DNA from: a virus | Reading direction: 5' to 3' (one strand) | IMG/VR virus record: IMGVR_UViG_3300022602_004810 | Span: 1 to 64,000 of that record | DNA: 64,000 bases | In this document: in pieces, positions 19,472-26,652 of the stretch | How positions within the stretch are numbered: position 1 is the stretch's first letter | How the letters are laid out: each line of letters opens with the position of its first letter | The notes under the pieces: model-generated | The model's database searches: none | Told to the model about the DNA's origin: nothing | Seen by the model: only the letters and a program-made list of their open reading frames with translations | Made by a program: the position numbers and the translations under genes

Positions 19472-19494
19472 ATACTACTTTTAGGAGGTAATAC
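19472..19494 (-). ncRNA. Candidate 3'-UTR RNA hairpin with anti-SD loop
   Basis: GUAUUAC-CUCCUAAAA-GUAGUAU stem-loop immediately before the terminator. Confidence 0.4.
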
Positions 19495-19506
19495 GAAAAA
19501 CTACAA

Positions 19507-19716
19507 CTACACCTTAGCTACCGTGTTTTCAGCAATCTTATGACTAATCATGTCAGGAATGCTTAACCACGGCCACTCTAGTTCAAACGGGCAACCATTT
19601 TCGCCCCAACTACGGGTTGCTAAAAAATTCTTATATGCTCGCAAATCTTCTTTGCTGTCAACGTTAAACTGACGTTTAGGAAACCGAGCATTTAACTTAT
19701 TAAAAAAACTTACCAT
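19507..19716 (-). CDS. Hypothetical protein
   Basis: GCPFELEWPW motif; TAATG-coupled to the upstream gene. Confidence 0.6.
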   Translation of the reverse strand: MVSFFNKLNARFPKRQFNVDSKEDLRAYKNFLATRSWGENGCPFELEWPWLSIPDMISHKIAENTVAKV

Positions 19717-20114
19717 TAAGCGTACTCCTCTTCTGCTGTGTCGATTTCAACAATAACACTACCATCTGCTGTTACAAAACTAATAATACCATCATTATAC
19801 ACTAATTCAAACTGTTTGTCAAACTCAACTGTCTGCATGCCTTCTAAATACCACTCTGGATCATATACATCCTCAACACGAATACAACCAATTAGGCCCG
19901 CATCTACTGGATAGTCTCGACCTTGTTGATCTTGGTAAGTACCATCACCGTAGGCAGTTGAACTAACTGCAAACCTAACACCATTAGCAAGATTAAACTC
20001 ACCATTTAGTACCCCTGGGCCATCTATAGCAAACATTAGGTCACAGACTTCCTTCCACTGTGGGTGCATGACATAGCATAGATCGCCTACTAGGTATGTT
20101 CCGGGTCTCATCAT
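19716..20114 (-). CDS. Conserved phage hypothetical protein
   Basis: YLVGDLCYV...TAYGDGTY...VDAGLIGCI motifs. Confidence 0.65.
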   Translation of the reverse strand: MMRPGTYLVGDLCYVMHPQWKEVCDLMFAIDGPGVLNGEFNLANGVRFAVSSTAYGDGTYQDQQGRDYPVDAGLIGCIRVEDVYDPEWYLEGMQTVEFDKQFELVYNDGIISFVTADGSVIVEIDTAEEEYA

Positions 20115-20116
20115 AA

Positions 20117-20383
20117 TTATTCACCATCTTTCATAACATAGTTAAACAAAATAAACTTAGCACAGTTAATTGATTGACGAGCACGTTCATCTAACCCCAT
20201 TTCAATTTCTTCTTGTGCATTTGACATAAAACTTGCCGCTAACATTGTGTACTCGCCTGTAAACTTAGCAGTGATATCGTTTTCGATTACATTGCGAAGT
20301 GTACCTTCTGACATACCATAACACTGTAAATCCCAAGCACGGTCTTCTGCTGTTTTGTCTTTTTCACGGAATAATGTAGTCAT
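20117..20383 (-). CDS. Hypothetical protein
   Basis: GGAG SD, downstream of a consensus promoter. Confidence 0.6.
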   Translation of the reverse strand: MTTLFREKDKTAEDRAWDLQCYGMSEGTLRNVIENDITAKFTGEYTMLAASFMSNAQEEIEMGLDERARQSINCAKFILFNYVMKDGE

Positions 20384-20416
20384 TTATTGCTCCTGTGTTG
20401 TTATTGTATGTCAAAC

Positions 20417-20445
20417 ATTATACAGTCAAAACAACCTTTTGTCAA
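20417..20445 (-). promoter_or_regulatory. Consensus sigma70 promoter
   Basis: TTGACA-17-TATAAT. Confidence 0.85.
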
Positions 20446-20678
20446 CCAAAAAATGCGTTATAAATGCCGATTGAACCAATGGTTAGACTAATAGCATTGA
20501 CCAATGTCTGTGGCCTATTCTTGGTACGTATGCTCCAAGCAAAGAACATACTAGTACCAAAGAAGAACACCACAATGTTCCAAGGATACACACTTGGACC
20601 GATGGCATTCAAACTATGCCCTGCTATGACCAAAGGAGCACCGATCCACTGTAATACATCGTTAGTTTCTAATTTCAT
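20442..20678 (-). CDS. Small membrane protein
   Basis: Three hydrophobic segments; ATG 20678 lies 6 nt after a -10 box. Confidence 0.6.
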   Translation of the reverse strand: MKLETNDVLQWIGAPLVIAGHSLNAIGPSVYPWNIVVFFFGTSMFFAWSIRTKNRPQTLVNAISLTIGSIGIYNAFFG

Positions 20679-20684
20679 AAACAT

Positions 20685-20713
20685 ATTATAGCACCATTTT
20701 ATCAGTTTGTCAA
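20685..20713 (-). promoter_or_regulatory. Consensus sigma70 promoter
   Basis: TTGACA-17-TATAAT. Confidence 0.85.
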
Positions 20714-21001
20714 TGCGTACATCATAACAGCATGGTTCATGGCCTCTTCTGTACGGAAGTAGACAAAACTAGGATCTCTGGATCTAGTATACTTGTAGGC
20801 CCATTCAGCAGTTCGTAAGGTCTGAGCATCATCTTTAAAAAAGAATCTGCGTCCTGCGTCCACACTTGGACCATACATTCTCTCTGCTTGTCCTTTTAAG
20901 GAAAAGTACTTTTTCCAAGCGTGACTTGGGAAGGTTACGCTATATGTGTAACCCCAACGGCTTTTCGCTTTGTAGCGTCCATCTAATTTAGTTATCTTCA
21001 T
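20702..21001 (-). CDS. Small protein related to the plus-strand paralogue family
   Basis: MKITKLDGR shared with 21586..21867; C-terminal VYFRTEEAMNHAVM. Confidence 0.6.
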   Translation of the reverse strand: MKITKLDGRYKAKSRWGYTYSVTFPSHAWKKYFSLKGQAERMYGPSVDAGRRFFFKDDAQTLRTAEWAYKYTRSRDPSFVYFRTEEAMNHAVMMYALTN

Positions 21002-21293
21002 TTTTTAACGCTTCCCACATTATTTCTTTTTCAAGTAGTTCACGCACTTCTGGATCGCTGGTATAGTTTAGGATATTACCCTCTTCTTGATCTACATCAA
21101 TTTCAACTGGCGACCCTTTACAGTATCGTGGGCATTCATTAGCAAACTCTGCTTCTGGGCTGTGTCCCCAACGGTGGTCTGCTGGAAATCTTGGATTCAA
21201 GTTTAGCACACAGCGAGCATCGGTGCCCTCAACTGTCCAGTTGGAGTATCCGTAGTCTTCTAACACACAAAATTTACATTCATCGCATCTCAT
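20988..21293 (-). CDS. Cys-rich hypothetical protein
   Basis: CDECKFC...C...CPRYC; first gene after the leftward promoter. Confidence 0.55.
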   Translation of the reverse strand: MRCDECKFCVLEDYGYSNWTVEGTDARCVLNLNPRFPADHRWGHSPEAEFANECPRYCKGSPVEIDVDQEEGNILNYTSDPEVRELLEKEIMWEALKNEDN

Positions 21294-21302
21294 AGTTTCA
21301 AC

Positions 21303-21331
21303 ATTATACTATCAATGAACCAAAAAGTCAA
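21303..21331 (-). promoter_or_regulatory. Sigma70 promoter (leftward of a divergent pair)
   Basis: TTGACT-17-TATAAT. Confidence 0.8.
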
Positions 21332-21334
21332 CCA

Positions 21335-21363
21335 TTGACTTTTAGATCCTTTGAATATATAAT
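21335..21363 (+). promoter_or_regulatory. Sigma70 promoter (rightward of a divergent pair)
   Basis: TTGACT-17-TATAAT; ATG 7 nt downstream. Confidence 0.8.
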
Positions 21364-21370
21364 ATATAGT

Positions 21371-21586
21371 ATGAAGATTCTATTAGAACAACAAGGCGGA
21401 CATTTGGCAATGATTGTTGAACACAGTCTAAAGCCTCAATGGGACGCTGTAATTTATGATATAGCCGAAGAGCTTAAAGACCGCAAAGGTGTGCGCCGCA
21501 TGAGCTATGACACTTGGCATTGGGATCTACGTAAACAGCACGAAGCTGAAGAATATATAACTTATTTCTATTTGAAGCATGAATAA
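21371..21586 (+). CDS. Small paralogue-family protein
   Basis: ATG 21371 (the track's TTG start is the -35 box); ends ITYFYLKHE. Confidence 0.6.
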   Translation: MKILLEQQGGHLAMIVEHSLKPQWDAVIYDIAEELKDRKGVRRMSYDTWHWDLRKQHEAEEYITYFYLKHE

Positions 21587-21867
21587 TGGCAATAATACCT
21601 TACAAGACACCTAAGATTACTAAACTTGATGGTCGGTTCAAGTTCTATAACCGCGGCTTTAGGTACAAGGTAAGTTTTGACGCAATGAAAAACTACCAAT
21701 CATTTTTACGAGCATTAACCTGGTGTGAAAATGCCTGGGGTCCAGAACGTAAAGTATGGAATAGTAATTGGCTTGTTACCATAGCTGATAAAAATAAATG
21801 GTGGCGTGAGATCTATTTATGTCGTGAGGAAGATGTTACAATGATGTTATTGGTGGCAGGCGGATGA
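21586..21867 (+). CDS. Small paralogue-family protein
   Basis: TAATG overlap; ends IYLCREEDVTMMLLVAGG. Confidence 0.6.
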   Translation: MAIIPYKTPKITKLDGRFKFYNRGFRYKVSFDAMKNYQSFLRALTWCENAWGPERKVWNSNWLVTIADKNKWWREIYLCREEDVTMMLLVAGG

Positions 21868-22154
21868 CCTCAGGTATTACATACGGAAACGAAATAGATG
21901 GTCCGGTATACTTGGACATTAAGAGCAGTGATCAAGCGGCTCGTATTTTTATTAATTTTATAAGAGATATAGTCGGATATGTGCCCGATGATCCTGTTGT
22001 TGAAATTTCAGAGTACCAACGGGTCAAGGCCGCACTAGTTGAATATAACGCTGTGTATAGATTTAATCAGGCTAAATCAGGATATGTTCGTAAACATTTT
22101 ATACGCTTTGGCCAACCCCGAGACCTAACAGCATTTTTAATGAGATACTCATGA
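21864..22154 (+). CDS. Small paralogue-family protein
   Basis: ATGA overlap; ends IRFGQPRDLTAFLMRYS. Confidence 0.65.
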   Translation: MTSGITYGNEIDGPVYLDIKSSDQAARIFINFIRDIVGYVPDDPVVEISEYQRVKAALVEYNAVYRFNQAKSGYVRKHFIRFGQPRDLTAFLMRYS

Positions 22155-22181
22155 TAACCATAACAATCAAGATTATATATT

Positions 22182-22550
22182 ATGTCTTCACAAAATGATT
22201 ATCTAATTAACCGTCTTAAGAACATCAGTGCCGCGGTTGATGCCGCTAATGACTTATCGGCTACACAAAAAGATGAGTTCTACAAGGATCTGCCTAGACG
22301 TATAGATACTATCCTGGGTGAAGACAATCACCTACACAAATTAAAACAGTTAGCTGATGCTCGCACAGCATGGATGAAAGAATTCATCGATCCCGCCGCA
22401 GACTTCGACTTAAACACTTGGTCATTTGCCAATTGGCTGCGAGATCGTTGGGGTGTTGAACTGATCTACGACAACGAAACGCTTGGCTTGTCAGGATACG
22501 CTGTCGTAGATGCGCAAAAACATTTATTGTTTACTATGGTGTTTCCATAA
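22182..22550 (+). CDS. Small paralogue-family protein (divergent)
   Basis: Ends YAVVDAQKHLLFTMVFP. Confidence 0.55.
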   Translation: MSSQNDYLINRLKNISAAVDAANDLSATQKDEFYKDLPRRIDTILGEDNHLHKLKQLADARTAWMKEFIDPAADFDLNTWSFANWLRDRWGVELIYDNETLGLSGYAVVDAQKHLLFTMVFP

Positions 22551-22765
22551 TGGACCATAGATGCGTACAATTTGTTCCTTTTAAGGTAATACATCGTGCG
22601 GCTTTTGAATTAGATGAACATCGCCGCAGGTATGAAATTTGGCAAGATGAATTTGAACAACACTACAATGTCAAATTCGGTCAGTTACGAGCTGACATAG
22701 ATAGTTACTGTGTAATATTCCCTAGTGATGAAGACTATACTATGTTTATGTTGAGGTGGGCATGA
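22550..22765 (+). CDS. Small paralogue-family protein
   Basis: TAATG overlap; ends VIFPSDEDYTMFMLRWA. Confidence 0.7.
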   Translation: MDHRCVQFVPFKVIHRAAFELDEHRRRYEIWQDEFEQHYNVKFGQLRADIDSYCVIFPSDEDYTMFMLRWA

Positions 22766-22977
22766 AAGTTCCAATACCTGAAATACTATCAGCGTTTCAT
22801 AATGCCAATCAGGCTGTAATTGCCAAAGGCGGATTTGACTTAGAGCGACACCGACATAAAGATGCCTTTGAGCAACTACACAATGTTAAGATTATTCAAA
22901 GTGCATGGGGCAGTTGGGATGAATTGGTTTTCCCTAATAAACAAGCATATACTATGTTCCTATTGAGGTGGAGTTAA
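22762..22977 (+). CDS. Small paralogue-family protein
   Basis: ATG 22762 (ATGA overlap, GAGGTG SD); ends LVFPNKQAYTMFLLRWS. Confidence 0.7.
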   Translation: MKVPIPEILSAFHNANQAVIAKGGFDLERHRHKDAFEQLHNVKIIQSAWGSWDELVFPNKQAYTMFLLRWS

Positions 22978-23210
22978 TGGCATACTATTATAACGGAACA
23001 AGTCATTATATTAAAGTCACAGCCCGTGGTGACTACGATAGGTATCTAACAGCAGTTGCGTTTAAGAACGAAGTTGATGCTTGGTTAGAGGCCCATGAGA
23101 TCAATACTCTTTACGAAGATATGGATTATATCGTCAATGGTAAGTATGAATACCATTTCCTCTGTTTAAAAGAAGAACATGCTACTTTAGCAAAATTGAG
23201 GTGGTCATGA
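22977..23210 (+). CDS. Small paralogue-family protein
   Basis: ATG 22977 (TAATG overlap); ends LCLKEEHATLAKLRWS. Confidence 0.7.
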   Translation: MAYYYNGTSHYIKVTARGDYDRYLTAVAFKNEVDAWLEAHEINTLYEDMDYIVNGKYEYHFLCLKEEHATLAKLRWS

Positions 23211-23410
23211 ATCTAAGGAAAATATCTGGCAGTGATCGTGCTGGCATCTATGTAATAAGCCCTCACGAAGATGTCTACGCAGATGACTATAAAAAATTTA
23301 TCAATTGGTTAGAAGAGCATTGTCCAAATGAATATGAACTAGACCATACCTATTTAACCATCACCGCACATGCCGAGGTACTGTTGGCATTGACTTTTAA
23401 CTTTGTTTAG
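23207..23410 (+). CDS. Small paralogue-family protein (divergent)
   Basis: ATG 23207 (ATGA overlap); INWLEEHCP; ends AEVLLALTFNFV. Confidence 0.6.
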   Translation: MNLRKISGSDRAGIYVISPHEDVYADDYKKFINWLEEHCPNEYELDHTYLTITAHAEVLLALTFNFV

Positions 23411-23418
23411 TGTATAAT
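23390..23418 (+). promoter_or_regulatory. Sigma70 promoter
   Basis: TTGACT-17-TATAAT; ATG 7 nt downstream. Confidence 0.8.
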
Positions 23419-23425
23419 ACAAATT

Positions 23426-24319
23426 ATGAAAATAGCACTGGGTAGTGACCTACACTTAGAATTTGGTGGAATAGAACTTAAAAACACAGAATCAGCTGAC
23501 GTACTTGTACTTGCTGGTGATATCTGTGTGGCCCGTGACATTGAATTAGCTAGTGCTAATATGTATGCTCAACGCAAACGTGCTGAACGTTACTTGGCAT
23601 TCTTTGAACAAGTATCAAAGGAGTTTCCTAAGGTTGTCTACATCATGGGCAATCACGAACACTATCACGGTGACTTCAAATATACCTACGATATACTTAA
23701 AACAGCTTTAGGGCATTTGGAAAACGTCCACGTGTTAGAAAAAGAAACCCTAGTCATTAATGATGTTACTATCATTGGTGCTACTGTCTGGACTGACATG
23801 AATGGTAGTGATCCTACTACCTTGCGTGAAATGCCGCACATGATGAATGACTTCCATGGTGTAGATAATAGTAATAATATGATACAACGCAAAGTTCCGT
23901 TATATCATTATGATGACGAAACTAAGGTTCAAACAGTTACTTCACACAAGTATAAAGACTATCCAAGCAAGTTTAGTCCTAAAGACGCTGTAGAAGATCA
24001 TGATAAGGCCTTGGATTATATTAGCCATGTGGTTGCCGAACGTGCCGAAGAAAAGTTTGTGGTTGTATCACATCACTGTCCAAGTGAGCAGAGTGTACAT
24101 GACAAATACCGGGCAGATACCATTATGAATGGTGGCTTCCGTAGCGACCTAGATGATTTTATTAGTTATCGTCCACAGATTAAACTTTGGTGTCATGGTC
24201 ATACTCATGAAGAATTTGACTATGTTCTAGGTGAAACACGGGTGGTATGTAACCCACGTGGCTATGTAGGACATGAGCCTCGTGCTGGTTATTTCCAACT
24301 AAAATATCTAGAGGTATAA
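23426..24319 (+). CDS. Calcineurin-like metallophosphoesterase
   Basis: SDLH, LAGD, GNHE, HH, HGHTH, NPRGY. Confidence 0.92.
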   Translation: MKIALGSDLHLEFGGIELKNTESADVLVLAGDICVARDIELASANMYAQRKRAERYLAFFEQVSKEFPKVVYIMGNHEHYHGDFKYTYDILKTALGHLENVHVLEKETLVINDVTIIGATVWTDMNGSDPTTLREMPHMMNDFHGVDNSNNMIQRKVPLYHYDDETKVQTVTSHKYKDYPSKFSPKDAVEDHDKALDYISHVVAERAEEKFVVVSHHCPSEQSVHDKYRADTIMNGGFRSDLDDFISYRPQIKLWCHGHTHEEFDYVLGETRVVCNPRGYVGHEPRAGYFQLKYLEV

Positions 24320-24582
24320 TGAAACACACTCTTACCTTGTCAGTTCGTAGTTGGCAAATTCTCCAAGAGCGGATCCTTGTGGACTATGGTCGCGCTACCT
24401 TGCTGATCAGTTGGCGATTAAAGGCTAATCTAGGATTCACTGTGCGCAAGCATACGGACTATGACCAAGATGGTTGGCAAATTACCACCATTCGACTAGA
24501 CTTTTACGATGAACAACTACAGACCTTGTTCTTGTTACGCTACGGCGAGTTTGTTAGCAATTATGAAAATACCCAAGAATAA
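24319..24582 (+). CDS. Small paralogue-family protein
   Basis: LDFYDEQLQTLFLLRYG near the C-terminus. Confidence 0.65.
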   Translation: MKHTLTLSVRSWQILQERILVDYGRATLLISWRLKANLGFTVRKHTDYDQDGWQITTIRLDFYDEQLQTLFLLRYGEFVSNYENTQE

Positions 24583-24877
24583 AGCCCTAGAACAATTACA
24601 CGAAGAAGACATTTGGAGTGATGAGTGGGAAGAATGTGTTTACCGCAGTCAGCAAAATGATTGGAGTGATTATGACGAACACCCATGGGTTTGGTATATG
24701 GAAAAAAGTATACGCATAGGCGAAGGTTGGCATTTAGTTAAGATTAGTCCCGATCACAAAGACGTCACAGTTATCTACTATCTTAAATCAATAGATGCTA
24801 AATTCAAACATAGTAAAAATGAGTTTTTAATAGAAGATCATCAACACGCAATGATGGTAACATTAAAGTATGCGTAG
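24563..24877 (+). CDS. Small paralogue-family protein
   Basis: Probable ATG 24563; ends FLIEDHQHAMMVTLKYA. Confidence 0.6.
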   Translation: MKIPKNKALEQLHEEDIWSDEWEECVYRSQQNDWSDYDEHPWVWYMEKSIRIGEGWHLVKISPDHKDVTVIYYLKSIDAKFKHSKNEFLIEDHQHAMMVTLKYA

Positions 24878-25208
24878 AGTCATGGCCAGGGGAAGACAAG
24901 TGGGTAAATCAACATTAAGTTTAGCAGATCAGATGCTACAACATCAATCACAGTTGATGCAGCGTAGTATTGATCGTATGGTCATGGATGAGATTTGGTC
25001 TTTATACAAATACCGTGTAAGCAAATCATGGACTGATCGTAGGGGCCGCAAGATGCATCGTATAGCTGCCAATGATGAAGTACGCAAATGGTTAGACACA
25101 GAACACAGTCAATACGGTGTAAGTAACCCTGAGTGGTGGAAGTTTGAGAAACAAATTAACATCACTGACAAATTATTCACACTATTGGTCTTAAGGTTTG
25201 CTGAATGA
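24870..25208 (+). CDS. Small paralogue-family protein
   Basis: Ends NITDKLFTLLVLRFAE. Confidence 0.6.
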   Translation: MRRVMARGRQVGKSTLSLADQMLQHQSQLMQRSIDRMVMDEIWSLYKYRVSKSWTDRRGRKMHRIAANDEVRKWLDTEHSQYGVSNPEWWKFEKQINITDKLFTLLVLRFAE

Positions 25209-25414
25209 CTCCGTGGTTATATTTAAATGGTCTAATTAGTTCAGATCGCGCACCAGAGCACAATGAAGTATGGATGACTGCTAAGTTACAGGCTAAGTGG
25301 CCCGGTGATTATACTGTAGTTAAAGATATAGACTACCAATGGCATTATGTTGAATATAAAATGGTATTCGACAATCCCGCAGACGAAACAATGTTTAGGT
25401 TAAAATACGCATGA
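25205..25414 (+). CDS. Small paralogue-family protein
   Basis: ATGA overlap; ends MVFDNPADETMFRLKYA. Confidence 0.7.
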   Translation: MTPWLYLNGLISSDRAPEHNEVWMTAKLQAKWPGDYTVVKDIDYQWHYVEYKMVFDNPADETMFRLKYA

Positions 25415-25689
25415 GAGCGGCACCAGTAGAGCGACAACAAGTAGAACAACGGTTACTCAACGAAGGGTGGCAGGCTGTTCGCATACCCAAAGTGGAAGGT
25501 GATAACACGTGGAGCATTTACAATATGACGACGTGGTGCGAGCATACTCTTGGGCTAGGCAGACCAGAACCAGGCATTATTGGGCTCGGTTTGGGGGATG
25601 TTTGGTATGCGTTTAATTGGTTTGGATATTATAATTTTTACTTTAAACATGCCAAAGATGCCACAGCATTCGCCCTGAGGTGGGCATGA
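25411..25689 (+). CDS. Small paralogue-family protein
   Basis: ATGA overlap; ends FYFKHAKDATAFALRWA. Confidence 0.7.
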   Translation: MRAAPVERQQVEQRLLNEGWQAVRIPKVEGDNTWSIYNMTTWCEHTLGLGRPEPGIIGLGLGDVWYAFNWFGYYNFYFKHAKDATAFALRWA

Positions 25690-25922
25690 GTATATTAGAT
25701 GGCGCTAATGGACGTAAGTTTATAGCATCAGGACCGTTTGATCACGAGATGCCCTATTACTATATAGTAATAGCCGACATTAGTCATTGGATGAAGAATG
25801 AAAAGGCCATATATGCGTGGATGGATGAGAATTTACCCAGAGGTAGACTTCATCAAGAAGGTATGACTCTGGCATTAGAAACAGAAGAACAACTAACAGC
25901 ATTTTTATTAAGGTGGGCATAA
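25686..25922 (+). CDS. Small paralogue-family protein
   Basis: ATG 25686 (ATGA overlap); ends LALETEEQLTAFLLRWA. Confidence 0.7.
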   Translation: MSILDGANGRKFIASGPFDHEMPYYYIVIADISHWMKNEKAIYAWMDENLPRGRLHQEGMTLALETEEQLTAFLLRWA

Positions 25923-26413
25923 TGAAGACAATATTTTTAGACATGGATGGAGTAGTAAGTGACTTTGATGCTTACGCTGAACCACTAGTGGGATTTAGAA
26001 CACCAGGCGGTGTTAGGTATGATCAGGAAGGTTGGGAAAAGATTTCTGCAGAACCTAGATTATATAGTAAGCTAGAAACATGTCCTGGTGCTGATCGATT
26101 GGTAACTACTGTTCAAGATCTAGCAGAAGAATTTGGCTACGATGTTAAGTTTTTAACTGCTATCCCTAGACAAAATGATGTGCCTTGGGCATTTCATGAT
26201 AAAACAGAATGGATCAAAGCACGCTGGCCTAATATCCCTGTATGGTTTGGTCCTTACAGCAATGACAAGCAACAACACTGTCGCCCAGGTGATATTTTAA
26301 TTGACGACCGTCCTAGTAACATCGATGAATGGAATGCCGCAGGTGGTATTGGAATATTACACGTTAATTATAACGTAGATGAAACGCTAGTTAAACTATC
26401 TAGTGTAGTGTAG
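25922..26413 (+). CDS. HAD-family 5'(3')-deoxyribonucleotidase-like protein
   Basis: IFLDMDGV, FLTA, ILIDDRPSN; ATG 25922 in a TAATG overlap. Confidence 0.85.
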   Translation: MKTIFLDMDGVVSDFDAYAEPLVGFRTPGGVRYDQEGWEKISAEPRLYSKLETCPGADRLVTTVQDLAEEFGYDVKFLTAIPRQNDVPWAFHDKTEWIKARWPNIPVWFGPYSNDKQQHCRPGDILIDDRPSNIDEWNAAGGIGILHVNYNVDETLVKLSSVV

Positions 26414-26642
26414 CGTTTGCTGGACGAATATTTTCAGCGGATAGTTTAACTAAGAAGTTGATAATATCTTCTATGTTAGGATTAACTTCATCATCGTCTC
26501 CTAGAGTTTCTGGAAAACTAATGCCTTTAAGTTGACCTTCAGAGTTTATAACAAAAACAAAATCTTCTGGCTGTATATCATTAAGAACATCGTATTCATC
26601 TAGTTCTACTTCTATATCTAGTTCTTCTGTAGTTTTTGCCAT
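26400..26642 (-). CDS. Acidic hypothetical protein
   Basis: ATG 26642 with AAGGAG SD. Confidence 0.6.
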   Translation of the reverse strand: MAKTTEELDIEVELDEYDVLNDIQPEDFVFVINSEGQLKGISFPETLGDDDEVNPNIEDIINFLVKLSAENIRPANATLH

Positions 26643-26652
26643 TACAATCTCC

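Noticed and set aside
24882-24915. ARGRQVGKS as a terminase-like P-loop
   Set aside because: The protein is only about 110 aa with no Walker B or ATPase fold context.
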